From Clostridia bacterium (GTDB taxonomy: Bacteria; Bacillota; Clostridia; Oscillospirales; UBA644), in contig JAGASR010000028.1 in NCBI GenBank assembly GCA_017621705.1, forward strand, positions 21,558 through 85,557: 64,000 nt of DNA, given 5' to 3'. Both the position numbers and the translations under genes were made by a program. The notes beneath the pieces are model-generated. The model was given only the letters and a program-made list of their open reading frames with translations, was not told the origin of the DNA and did not search any database. Each line of letters opens with the position of its first letter. The stretch's first letter is position 1. Below are positions 20,136-29,996 of the stretch, piece after piece.

Positions 20136-21548
20136 TCAATTTCCGTAAAGCTCGTTCATTGTTAAATATTGAGTTAAAATATACTTTTCAATATTTGTTC
20201 GCTGCTGAGTTTCGATAGATTCAAGAATCTGAGAAGGAGTACCTTTTAATATCTGGGGGAAGAATCCGGTAAGACCGTGTTTATGGTCGATATAGATAGC
20301 ATGTTCGTTTGAAGCAATTTCAAAGAAATACTTCGCATCACGTTCGTCCATAAAATAGTTTCTTGTAAGATAAGCGAGGATATCCGCATCTGTTTCATAG
20401 CCATCAAGGGGTTCGAAAAGGCTGTCTATAACAAGAGCGGAAGCATCGGCATCGGGCGCAGTGATGGGAATAGAAAGAACAAAGTCTGCAGATTCATAGA
20501 AAGACTTGTACCAACCTGGTTTTGCATCGGGACCGCACGGGAAAGGAACAATACCGAAGTTTTCAAGGTTATACGCAACGGATGAAGTACCGGAAAGAAC
20601 CTGATAAGAGTCGATAAGCGCAATGACGGTTTCGCCTGCGTTAAGCTGATCAACACCGCCGCCTTTATGAATATTGCCTGCGGTAGCACCGTTCCACCAT
20701 TCATTAGCCTGATCGAATGCTTTAAGTGCGGTAGCTGTGTAGAAGCCCATTTCATATGAACCGTCTTCGTTTACGGTAAGATATTCATCACCGTTAGAAA
20801 GAGAAACAGCACGTGTAAACCAGTCCTCTTTCGAAGCGAGAGCATAGACAAACTCATTTGAAACCTGACCCGTATGAGCATAATCGGTAAGAACACGAGT
20901 AAAGGTATCCCAAGTCCATTCGCCGTTTTCGTAATAGTCACGGGGGTCAGTTTCATTGAGAGCACGAACATAGTTTTCATTAATTGCGAGAACGCTGGAC
21001 ATGGAGTTCTGAGTTTTCATCGGATGTTTTGCAGGAATAACGCCGTACAGACCGCCTTCATACATCATAGAAGAAAGAAGATATCTGCTGCCCCATTTTT
21101 CTTCATCAAGAGCATCCATACCGGAAAGAGCACTAAGATCGGTAAAAGTTCCGGCTATAACATAGTCGACAACGTCGTATGATTCTTCCTGGATGAAGTC
21201 AAATTCATAGTCACCGGTCAAAACGCTGTAATAAGCATTCTGTGCCGCAGAAGGAACTATAACAACATCAAGAACCATATTGTATTTTTCCTCAGTATCT
21301 TTGATTCTCTGAAGAGCAAGGTCGGCAAATTCGGTATTGTTTATATAACCGAGAGTTGAACCCACCTCGGATGATGAGGCAACGATAAGCGCATCTTCGA
21401 CCGTACCCATTTTAAAAACTTTACCGCCGAGGTCTACCTTATCCGAAAGATCGGATGAATATTCCGGAATGATTTCTTCGGCAGGTGCGCATGAAAATAA
21501 AAGAAAAGTAAAAATCATGCAAAGAGCAAACGAAATAATCTTTTTCAA
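20136..21548 (-). CDS. Extracellular solute-binding lipoprotein (array copy 1)
   Basis: TTG start after GGAGG; LFSC lipobox; TLGYINNTEFADLA, DPRDYYENGEWTWD. Confidence 0.75.
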   Translation of the reverse strand: MKKIISFALCMIFTFLLFSCAPAEEIIPEYSSDLSDKVDLGGKVFKMGTVEDALIVASSSEVGSTLGYINNTEFADLALQRIKDTEEKYNMVLDVVIVPSAAQNAYYSVLTGDYEFDFIQEESYDVVDYVIAGTFTDLSALSGMDALDEEKWGSRYLLSSMMYEGGLYGVIPAKHPMKTQNSMSSVLAINENYVRALNETDPRDYYENGEWTWDTFTRVLTDYAHTGQVSNEFVYALASKEDWFTRAVSLSNGDEYLTVNEDGSYEMGFYTATALKAFDQANEWWNGATAGNIHKGGGVDQLNAGETVIALIDSYQVLSGTSSVAYNLENFGIVPFPCGPDAKPGWYKSFYESADFVLSIPITAPDADASALVIDSLFEPLDGYETDADILAYLTRNYFMDERDAKYFFEIASNEHAIYIDHKHGLTGFFPQILKGTPSQILESIETQQRTNIEKYILTQYLTMNELYGN

Positions 21549-21690
21549 AATAAAGCCTCCAATTAATATACATCAGGTAACAATAAGTATACTATTTCTT
21601 AAAAATAAAAGCAATATAACCGAAAGAAAACAGACAAATAATCCACATGATTCAGTCGATTTGTCCACCCATTGTTATTAACAAGATAAA

Positions 21691-23370
21691 TTATACTGAT
21701 GCAGGTTCATTGAGGGAATCAAGAAACATATCAACTGTTATCTTCCATTCTTCGACTTTTTCGAGTTTAACGGCATCTGCAACTCTGCGGAAGAAAGCCA
21801 TGAGAGACTGTTTTTCTTCTTCGCTATCATATAGTTTTGCTTTAAGGATAGCATAAACAAGACCCATTTCGTCTTCTTCGACACGGAGAAGGAGCTTCGG
21901 ATCGTCTTTTACCGCATTTTTAGCTTCGACAAAGAATGATTTATACATAGGCATGAGCTCTTTTGCGAGGAATTTCTCATCTTGCGGATAACCGAAAATG
22001 GAAAGCCCCTCCCCTGTTTTTTCAAGCTCATCCGCCATGGTATTGAGATACTTATCAATATACGGAGCTGCGGGACCGTAATAAGCGTTAAGGAAATTCT
22101 GTCTGTGCTTTTCAATATCGCAGTACGGATCCCATGAAAGTTTAGCAAGAAGATACGTACGAAGTGCCCAGAAATCGCCGCCTTGCTCGCGATTTGCCTG
22201 ATTGAAGATCGAGCGGACGCTATTTTCATAGAAGAATTTCATATTGGGAGCAAGAACTCTGAAATTCGGGAACGGAGAAATCAGGTTTGCAAACTGGATA
22301 TCGTAGTCCCAAAGGAAAACGTTGCCGCAATATTTATGCCATACCGCAATATCCTTAACAAAGCTTTCGCACTGCGGATTTTCGGGAATGGGTTTCGAAC
22401 GGTCACATTCAATATTGCAAAGCATAATGTGAACGTTATCTCTCATTTCGATGTATTTAGGAGCAGTTCTGCTGTACCAATAAGAAAGAGTGGAAATAAC
22501 TTTATCGGGGAAAGCTTCCGCAACTTTATTTACGAAATACATTATCGAGCCGATCTGAGAACCTGCCTCTTCGTCGAGTTTACGGCATTTTTCGCAGGTA
22601 CAGAAACGGGTAGTATCGTTCTGAGAAACCGACCAATATTTGGCATCGGGCTTTTCGGCCATGAATTTCTTGAGATTTTCGATTGCTTCGGCGATCATTT
22701 CGTCGTTTGTGCAACAAAGCTGACCGTTATTTACACGTTCGCCGTCAACAAGAGAGAAATATTCGGGATGAGAATCGAAATATTTTTCGGGCGGAATAAG
22801 AGTATAGAAAGAATGACACCAGAAGCCCCAGTTCTTGTGGCCTTCAACGAGTTTTTTATCTTTAATGTACGTTAACTGGCCGTTAAGTTTAAGCTTTTCG
22901 GCAATGGTCGGATCCCAGGAATTACGGTAATAGACTTCACGATAATTCAACTTCGGTACTTGTTTATCAAAATAACCGTCAGGAATTTCGACAGTACATT
23001 TATGAGGAATATAGTCGTCCGAAGCCGTGAGCCATACACAGCCGAAAAACTGTTCGAGGAATTCATAGCAGCCGAACGTAAGTCCGTCAGCAGAAGCGCC
23101 GAGGATATAAACTGTACCGTCTTTTTCAGCAATAACAAAGCCTTCGTCTCCGAGATCATCACAACCGTCGATCTGAAGATCAAAAGGAGCAATATCAACT
23201 ATAATTTTTTCTTTAAGACATTTTTCGCAAACCTTTTCGGCAATCGGAAGCATACAATCCGTTACCTGAAAGATATAGTTCTGAAGTATCTTAACCGCTT
23301 TTTCGGTTGCCTCAATCTTCTTCGGCGCGGCGATAGTAAAAGATGATGAGTGTCTGTCGATAAGTTTCAT
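21691..23370 (-). CDS. DUF4838-family putative glycoside hydrolase with GH20/GH67-like N-terminal domain
   Basis: LGDEGFVI...GCYEFLE..GCVW; YFDSHPEYFSLVDG..QLCCTN; SVSQND..FCTCEKC; YLLAKLSWDP. Confidence 0.7.
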   Translation of the reverse strand: MKLIDRHSSSFTIAAPKKIEATEKAVKILQNYIFQVTDCMLPIAEKVCEKCLKEKIIVDIAPFDLQIDGCDDLGDEGFVIAEKDGTVYILGASADGLTFGCYEFLEQFFGCVWLTASDDYIPHKCTVEIPDGYFDKQVPKLNYREVYYRNSWDPTIAEKLKLNGQLTYIKDKKLVEGHKNWGFWCHSFYTLIPPEKYFDSHPEYFSLVDGERVNNGQLCCTNDEMIAEAIENLKKFMAEKPDAKYWSVSQNDTTRFCTCEKCRKLDEEAGSQIGSIMYFVNKVAEAFPDKVISTLSYWYSRTAPKYIEMRDNVHIMLCNIECDRSKPIPENPQCESFVKDIAVWHKYCGNVFLWDYDIQFANLISPFPNFRVLAPNMKFFYENSVRSIFNQANREQGGDFWALRTYLLAKLSWDPYCDIEKHRQNFLNAYYGPAAPYIDKYLNTMADELEKTGEGLSIFGYPQDEKFLAKELMPMYKSFFVEAKNAVKDDPKLLLRVEEDEMGLVYAILKAKLYDSEEEKQSLMAFFRRVADAVKLEKVEEWKITVDMFLDSLNEPASV

Positions 23371-23525
23371 TTGTCTTTTCCTCTTTTCATTTATATTAAA
23401 AATTTGTTTTTATGTAAATATAATAACATATAATGCATGAAAATTCAAGTACCGATATAAAATTTTCCGGAATAAGAGCAATTTAAATGTTAAAAATATA
23501 AACAAAACCGTAAAGGAGTCTTATT

Positions 23526-23711
23526 ATGAAAAAAGATAAAAAGAATGATTCGACAAAACATCTTGAAAATGTTTTTATGAACACACCTGTGGTTTCTGTT
23601 ACAGAATCGACGGGAAGCAGTGATTTTATCTGGGAAACAACGTTTGACGAAAGCCCCGAAAATTCAAAAGAAAAGCACGACCATACAACAAAAACAAGAA
23701 AGAAAAGCTAA
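23526..23711 (+). CDS. Small hypothetical protein (61 aa)
   Basis: AAAGGAG RBS, ATG, downstream hairpin GTTCGG-GAAA-CCGAAC. Confidence 0.5.
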   Translation: MKKDKKNDSTKHLENVFMNTPVVSVTESTGSSDFIWETTFDESPENSKEKHDHTTKTRKKS

Positions 23712-23873
23712 AGTCACGTTCGGGAAACCGAACTGCTCTATTGACAAATAAAAAATATATACTATAATATTACATAACAAATGTGATTTTTTTGTAAACA
23801 ATCGGAATTCATGCAACATTTACGCCTTTTTTCGACACTATAATATAAAGACTATTTTCAAGGAAGTATATTT

Positions 23874-25403
23874 ATGAAAAAAACTCTTAAATCACTGTTA
23901 ATATTTTTTGCGTGTGTTACCCTATTCGGCTGTACAAACGAAGAAATCCCCAAAGATGAAACAATACAGAAAGAAGATATAGTTTATATAACAAAACAGA
24001 TCACACATTCCGAAGCAGGTGGATTTTTCGGAATGAAAACATTCATGGAAACTGCGACTATCGAAAACGTTACATACTGTTTTGAAAAAAGTGTTTCCGA
24101 AGAAGACAGAGTTTATTGCATTGAGCAGACTTCTAAATTACTTGAAAATATAGATACGGGAAAAGATCTGACTATCTGTATTTACGATAAAACTACGTAC
24201 GATAATGAATATGCCTCAGACGGATTTGTTTACACAAGCGTAAGAGACTGGCAAAGTGCTGAATATTTGACCGTCATTCTTCGTGCCATCTATGGGGAGT
24301 ATTGTAATTACGGTACGGCTTATGGTTACGCAAACTATTTGCTGGGTAACACAGAAACATCTGATTTAAAGTTTGAAGCGGATTTTGAATTTTACGATCT
24401 TAATGATCTTTGCTTTCATCCGAATTTCGCTACAGACGAACAAATAGATATTGTTAAAAGCATTTCCACTGCATTTGTAAAAGAATATATTAAAACAAAC
24501 GGAGAAGAATCTTTCATTGATATTTTGAAAGCGAGCGGAGATGTTAAAGAAATCGTTAAGGCAAAAAACGCCTTGGAAGGATTCTATGAGAAAAATGGAA
24601 TAAAAACCGAACTTCCGACAATTATTTTCGGACCGGGCGGAGAGGCTTTTGACTATACTGTAATATGCGAGTATGCCTCGATTTATATCATAGAAGATTT
24701 TATAGATACCGGGGCTTCGTACTACCCGGAATATACATTTTTTGACGGGTTTTTAAATAATAATTATGTAAAGACAATGGATTATTTTATAGTCAATGTC
24801 GAGCAGATGAAAAAATATCAGTATCATTTCGGACTTGATTATTACGATAACAGTCTGGAGATAATGTTCCTTAACAATACCGAGTTTTCTATATATTTTA
24901 GTCGTCCTGTTCATCAGATCAGACTAAACAGTATAATCTCTTTTATGCATGAATATATTCATTCCGTTACAATGCTTGACTGGACACAGGAAACAGAAAA
25001 ATGGGAAAGTGAGGGGCTCGCAGCGTATTATGAATTTCTTTACAATGAATATGCTCTACCTTTTTGGTATTACGATAGAAATAACGGTGCTGAGATTTAC
25101 GGTCATACTTACATTTTAGACTATATTGAAAAAAGCGGCAGACCTGTCGAAACGGTCGACGATCTGCGAGAACTTGACAATATATATTCATATTTAACAA
25201 GAAAGCACGGCCTTAATTATACCTACACCTCAGGAGCTTCTTTTATTTCTTATCTTATAAACCAGTTCGGAGAGCGAGAAGTTCTTGATTATATGTTGGT
25301 TCATCATTCTCTTAAAAAATTAACTGATCAGACTTTCGATGAACTTGTGGAAGATTGGAAAGATTTCCTTGAAGAGAATTATTGGGAATACGGCAGGAAA
25401 TAA
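23874..25403 (+). CDS. Lipoprotein with C-terminal zinc metallopeptidase (gluzincin/MA-like) motif
   Basis: LFGC lipobox; MHEYIH (HExxH) followed by WESEGLAAY. Confidence 0.65.
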   Translation: MKKTLKSLLIFFACVTLFGCTNEEIPKDETIQKEDIVYITKQITHSEAGGFFGMKTFMETATIENVTYCFEKSVSEEDRVYCIEQTSKLLENIDTGKDLTICIYDKTTYDNEYASDGFVYTSVRDWQSAEYLTVILRAIYGEYCNYGTAYGYANYLLGNTETSDLKFEADFEFYDLNDLCFHPNFATDEQIDIVKSISTAFVKEYIKTNGEESFIDILKASGDVKEIVKAKNALEGFYEKNGIKTELPTIIFGPGGEAFDYTVICEYASIYIIEDFIDTGASYYPEYTFFDGFLNNNYVKTMDYFIVNVEQMKKYQYHFGLDYYDNSLEIMFLNNTEFSIYFSRPVHQIRLNSIISFMHEYIHSVTMLDWTQETEKWESEGLAAYYEFLYNEYALPFWYYDRNNGAEIYGHTYILDYIEKSGRPVETVDDLRELDNIYSYLTRKHGLNYTYTSGASFISYLINQFGEREVLDYMLVHHSLKKLTDQTFDELVEDWKDFLEENYWEYGRK

Positions 25404-25549
25404 TACAGTTTAAAAAGCACGCTACTTACTTATATGTAACGTGCTTTTTTATTTATCTGACAAGTTCCCGGGAGATATCCTCAACCCATACCGATATTTT
25501 TCATGTCTTCAATTTCTTCTGAACAGAGCCTATTAATCTAATAAAAAGC

Positions 25550-25599
25550 TTGACAAATTATTTTGCAAATGATATAATTTAATAAATACACTGTATTTA
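25550..25599 (+). promoter_or_regulatory. uxuA promoter and palindromic operator
   Basis: TTGACA(25550)-17 nt-TATAAT(25573), then TAAATACA-C-TGTATTTA palindrome (25583-25599). Confidence 0.65.
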
Positions 25600-25624
25600 A
25601 ACTGATAAAGGAAGGTACGACATC

Positions 25625-26656
25625 ATGAAAATGTCATTTCGCTGGTACGGTTTTTCCGATCCGGTAACTCTGGAAAAAATTCGCCAGATACCGAATATGA
25701 GAAGCATTGTAACAGCTGTATACGATGTTCCCGTAGGTGAAGTCTGGCCCGAAGAAAGAATTGCCGAACTCAAAAAGGCAGTCGAAGATGCGGGTCTCGT
25801 TTTTGACGTTATAGAAAGCGTCCCCGTTCACGAAGATATCAAACTCGGCAAGCCGACAAGAGAAAGATATATTGAAAACTACAAAGAAAACATTCGCAGA
25901 CTCGGCAAAGCAGGCATAAGATGCGTTTGCTACAACTTTATGCCCGTTTTTGACTGGACAAGAACTCAGCTTGACAAAGTTCTTGCAGACGGTTCGAATG
26001 CTCTTGTTTACTACAAAGAGCAGCTTGAAAAGATGGATCCGCTCAACGGTGAGCTCTCCCTCCCCGGTTGGGACGCAAGCTATAAAAAAGACGAACTCAA
26101 AGCTGTTTTCGCAGAATATTCCGAACTTACTGACGAGGATCTCTGGGAAAACCTCAGATATTTCCTCTCGGAAGTTATTCCCGTTGCTGAAGAATACGAC
26201 GTTAAAATGGCGATCCATCCGGATGATCCGCCATGGCCCATTTTCGGTCTTCCGAGAATCATTACGGATGAAAAGAATCTTGACAGATTCCTTTCTCTCG
26301 TTGATAACAAATACAACGGTCTTACCCTTTGTACAGGTTCTCTCGGCTGCGATCCGAAAAACGACATGGTTCATCTTGCAGATAAATACTCCGCTATGGG
26401 CAGAATCCACTTCATGCATATCCGTAACGTAAAGATCCTTGAAGACGGCGGTTTTGAAGAATCTGCACATTATTCCGAATGCGGTTCTCTCGATATCCCG
26501 AATATCGTTAAAGTTCTCAAGAAGAACGGATTTGACGGATATATCCGTCCCGACCACGGCAGAATGATCTGGGGCGAAACCGGCAAACCCGGCTACGGCC
26601 TTTTCGACAGAGCACTCGGTGCAACATATATCAACGGTCTCTGGCAGAACGCGTAA
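25625..26656 (+). CDS. uxuA: Mannonate dehydratase
   Basis: [52 protein letters not shown]. Confidence 0.97.
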   Translation: MKMSFRWYGFSDPVTLEKIRQIPNMRSIVTAVYDVPVGEVWPEERIAELKKAVEDAGLVFDVIESVPVHEDIKLGKPTRERYIENYKENIRRLGKAGIRCVCYNFMPVFDWTRTQLDKVLADGSNALVYYKEQLEKMDPLNGELSLPGWDASYKKDELKAVFAEYSELTDEDLWENLRYFLSEVIPVAEEYDVKMAIHPDDPPWPIFGLPRIITDEKNLDRFLSLVDNKYNGLTLCTGSLGCDPKNDMVHLADKYSAMGRIHFMHIRNVKILEDGGFEESAHYSECGSLDIPNIVKVLKKNGFDGYIRPDHGRMIWGETGKPGYGLFDRALGATYINGLWQNA

Positions 26657-26671
26657 AATAATTTTAAGTAT

Positions 26672-26701
26672 AAAAAGAGAGCATTGATAAGCTCTCTTTT
26701 T
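26672..26701. terminator. Bidirectional terminator
   Basis: AAAAAGAGAGC-8 nt-GCTCTCTTTTT. Confidence 0.75.
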
Positions 26702-26779
26702 AATTAACACATATAAAGTTAAATCATCGAAAATAATCTATTTATATCAAACTTATAAATTAAGTATTCGATTTAGACA

Positions 26780-27637
26780 TTAAAACTGATACTGAAGCGG
26801 ATATGCATATATTACATAATCAGTGACAATTTCAGCCGTAATATCATCAGGTAATGAAAACTCAGACATTTCAAAACCAATCTTATCTCCTACTGCAAGA
26901 TCTTCAGTTAATATAGTAGACATTTGACCTACAAAAGAGCCCGTATTATCATACAAAAAGGCAACAATATAAATCATTCCAGTTTGTTCTTCCTTACTGG
27001 AATTTTCCACCCTACCAACCATTTTTAATCTACCATATTTGTCGTTAGATATTTTTGTATCTGTAACTGTAAATCTAATCAAATCGACCCTTGATTCTTC
27101 AATATCTTCTCGAGGTAACACTGTCAGTTCACCATCATAGTTCTCATCAAGTGTTGCTTCATCATACATATATCCTTTTTCACCTGGGGCTAAGACATTA
27201 GGGTATGCAGACACCATGGTTCTACTAGTAATAAGATTGCCTAAATTATCCTCAAGATCGTATGCTCCTGACGATAAATACAGATTAGTTGTCCCGGTAT
27301 TGGTTATTTCCACAATTGTTTGTAGCCAAACTGAACCAATACTGTTTGTCCAAGTTCTTGCACGACAATCTGTAATTTCATAACTCATTAACAAGTCAGT
27401 ATTTTGCTCTGGTTGTTCTTGTTTTATTTCCTCTTGATTTGATTGTTCTTGATTTGTTTCCTTTTGACTTGTTTGATCTTGTACAGAACTTTCTATTTCT
27501 GTTTCCGTGGATACTTCAGTATTGGTTGTGTTAACAACAGTTTCATCGGATTGAATTTGTAAATCATCACAAGAAACAAATGACAATACCATTACAGCAA
27601 GTAAAACGGCCGCTGTGGTTTTCAATGCTTTTTTCAT
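26780..27637 (-). CDS. Lipoprotein with Q/T/E-rich linker and FxLYD-like Ig domains (AT-rich region)
   Basis: AAGGAGG RBS before ATG 27637; FVSC lipobox; VAFLYDNTGSFVG. Confidence 0.65.
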   Translation of the reverse strand: MKKALKTTAAVLLAVMVLSFVSCDDLQIQSDETVVNTTNTEVSTETEIESSVQDQTSQKETNQEQSNQEEIKQEQPEQNTDLLMSYEITDCRARTWTNSIGSVWLQTIVEITNTGTTNLYLSSGAYDLEDNLGNLITSRTMVSAYPNVLAPGEKGYMYDEATLDENYDGELTVLPREDIEESRVDLIRFTVTDTKISNDKYGRLKMVGRVENSSKEEQTGMIYIVAFLYDNTGSFVGQMSTILTEDLAVGDKIGFEMSEFSLPDDITAEIVTDYVIYAYPLQYQF

Positions 27638-27654
27638 TTTTTCCTCCTTGTTGA

Positions 27655-27875
27655 AATTAAAAGTGCGTCTACCGAAGCAGACGCACAAAAAACGCAAACT
27701 CCGATAGTCGCCAAACTAACTTTATGTGAATTAGGTGTAATCATAATATCATCATAAAAGGAATTTGCATTTTTATCAAATTCAATAATGATATTATGCT
27801 CAAAAAGAGTATAGCTATCCCTAAAATCAAAGATAATACACCCGTAATTCATATATTAAGTTAGTTTAGCAATAT
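27655..27875 (-). ncRNA. Unassigned structured leader RNA/sRNA ending in an intrinsic terminator
   Basis: 15-bp closing stem, nested stems with minus-strand G-U pairs, then cUUCGg terminator with U-tract. Confidence 0.6.
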
Positions 27876-27877
27876 AG

Positions 27878-27906
27878 ATTATATCATACTTCTTATTAGT
27901 TGTCAA
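27878..27906 (-). promoter_or_regulatory. Consensus sigma-A promoter with extended -10
   Basis: TTGACA-17 nt-(TG)TATAAT. Confidence 0.8.
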
Positions 27907-28074
27907 TACAGTATAGATAGTTCATAGATTACATGATAACAAATTTTCATGTTATTTGGAAATGCATGAGGATTAGTTCATTATAACATTTATTGAACTA
28001 AAATCAAAAAACCGTGTAAAAAACTCTCATACGAAAAACAGAGCATTTCGAAAGATTTGCTCTGTTTTCTGTTA

Positions 28075-28106
28075 AAAAGACGGAACCCGTAAAGAGTTCC
28101 GTCTTT
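28075..28106 (-). terminator. fucI terminator
   Basis: AAAGACGGAAC...GTTCCGTCTTTTT. Confidence 0.75.
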
Positions 28107-28121
28107 AAATTTAAATAATAA

Positions 28122-29951
28122 TTATTTGTAGAGAGGACCGTATGTAGCGCAAGCTCTGTAGTCCTGACCTTCCTTATCCATACCGAATGCATTCCATGCA
28201 GCGGGACGGTAGATCTGATCTTCGGGTACGTTATGCATGCAAACGGGGATACGGAGCATGGAGCACATGGTGATGAGGTCAGCACCGATGTGGCCGTAAG
28301 AGATAGCGCCGTGGTTTGCGCCCCAGTTCATCATAACTTCATAAGCGGTCTTGAAGGGAGAACCTTCCTTGCCGTCGCAACGAGGAGCGAACCAGGTGCA
28401 GGGCCAGGTGGGGTTAGTACGTTCCATAAGGATGTCGTTAACTTTTTCGGGGAGGTTTACAGTCCAACCTTCAGCGATCTGAAGAACGGGACCGAGACCT
28501 TTAACGAGGTTAAGACGAATCATGGTGCAGGGCATTTCAGCGAAAGTGTTGAAATGGCTGGAGAATCCGCCGCCTCTGAAGTTATCGAAGCCTGCTTCGC
28601 ACCAAACGGTAGCATCGGTCATCTTCTTGATATCTTCTTCAGTAACATCCCACCACTTCTTCATAACAGCGTTGCCGTTTTCATCGGTGCAAACACCGGA
28701 AGCGTCGAGACAAGCAGCGCCGGAGTTGAGAAGATGGATAATACCGTTGGATTCAGCAGCTTTACCTTCGAGTTTGTAACCGGTAACGCGTTCGGTAGCT
28801 TCGCCGGACCAGTAGGTACGAACGTCAGCAAAGATCTGAGCGCGGTGAGTGAGCAAACGCATCATGAGCATGCCCATACCGTTGAGAATATCGTTTTCGG
28901 TAGCAAGTGTGAACGGTTCACGAGCGCCTTCATAGTCGAAAGTAGAGCTGAGAAGAGCTTCGGGATAGTCACAGTTGGGCCAATGGTCGGTCCACTGACG
29001 CTGACCCTGGAAGCCGCCTGCGATAGCATTGTGACCAACTTTTTCTTCTTCGAACTGGTCGGGAAGATTGGGGTTACCTGCCATAAGGTCTTTGATGATG
29101 CAGTACATCTTAACAGTGAATTCCCACTGTTTATCTTTTTCTTCCTGAGTAAATTTGATCTTACGGTTTTCGCCGAGGAATTCAACAGATTCGGGGTTAT
29201 CGTCGCGACCCTCTTTGCAATGCTCTTTAGTCCAAGCGAGAGCTTTCTGGAATTCTTCTTCGTTATAGATGCCTTCTTCCATACGGCGGAGAATTTCAAC
29301 TTCGTCAACGGATTCAACACGCATACCGAAGTAGCTCTCCATCATATCCTGATCAACGATGGAGCCTGCAATACCCATACACTGAGAACCGATCTGGAGA
29401 TAGGATTTACCGCGCATGGTAGCAACAGCAACAGCTGCACGACCGAAACGGAGAAGTTTTTCTTTAACGTCTTCGGGAATCTGGGTTACCTGGTCACGGT
29501 CCTGAACTTCATGGCCGTAAATACCGAATGCGGGAAGACCTTTCTGAGCATGGCCTGCAAGAACTGCAGCAAGATAAACTGCGCCGGGACGTTCGGTACC
29601 GTTAAAGCCCCAAACGCCTTTGATGGTCTGAGGATCCATATCCATGGTCTCGGAACCGTAGCACCAGCAGGGAGTAACGGAAAGGGTGATATCTACGCCT
29701 TCCTTTTTGAATTTTTCAGCGCAAGCAGCTGCTTCGGGAACACGGCCGATGCAGGTATCTGCCATAACTACTTTTACGGGTTCGCCGTTGGAGTAGAAAA
29801 GATTTTCTTCGAAAAGTTTCTTAGCGGCTTCAGCCATAGCCCAAACCAGCGGTTCAAGGCTTTCACGAAGCATCATGGGTCCACGGCGGCCGTCAACGAT
29901 AGGACGGATACCGATAACGGGATAGCCGCCAACGTATCTGTTTTTTGCCAT
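28122..29951 (-). CDS. fucI: L-fucose isomerase (L-fucose/D-arabinose isomerase)
   Basis: IGIRPIVDGRR, WCYGSETMD, GTERPGAVYLAA, GFQGQRQWTD, ATEND, WGANH; likely start MAKNRY at 29951 after GGAGG. Confidence 0.95.
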   Translation of the reverse strand: MAKNRYVGGYPVIGIRPIVDGRRGPMMLRESLEPLVWAMAEAAKKLFEENLFYSNGEPVKVVMADTCIGRVPEAAACAEKFKKEGVDITLSVTPCWCYGSETMDMDPQTIKGVWGFNGTERPGAVYLAAVLAGHAQKGLPAFGIYGHEVQDRDQVTQIPEDVKEKLLRFGRAAVAVATMRGKSYLQIGSQCMGIAGSIVDQDMMESYFGMRVESVDEVEILRRMEEGIYNEEEFQKALAWTKEHCKEGRDDNPESVEFLGENRKIKFTQEEKDKQWEFTVKMYCIIKDLMAGNPNLPDQFEEEKVGHNAIAGGFQGQRQWTDHWPNCDYPEALLSSTFDYEGAREPFTLATENDILNGMGMLMMRLLTHRAQIFADVRTYWSGEATERVTGYKLEGKAAESNGIIHLLNSGAACLDASGVCTDENGNAVMKKWWDVTEEDIKKMTDATVWCEAGFDNFRGGGFSSHFNTFAEMPCTMIRLNLVKGLGPVLQIAEGWTVNLPEKVNDILMERTNPTWPCTWFAPRCDGKEGSPFKTAYEVMMNWGANHGAISYGHIGADLITMCSMLRIPVCMHNVPEDQIYRPAAWNAFGMDKEGQDYRACATYGPLYK

Positions 29952-29996
29952 ATTGATTTCCTCCATTTGAAGTAAAAAATAAATTATTGATAACTT

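Noticed and set aside
9437-21548. Integron, shufflon or DGR explanation for the array
   Set aside because: No integrase, invertase or reverse transcriptase in the window, all copies share one orientation, no attC-like sites, and no adenine-specific TR/VR pair seen
25634-26710. 358-aa ORF antisense to uxuA
   Set aside because: Codon-bias shadow
28233-29975. 580-aa ORF antisense to fucI
   Set aside because: Shadow of a highly biased gene; the same effect is seen opposite galK, araB and the oxidoreductase
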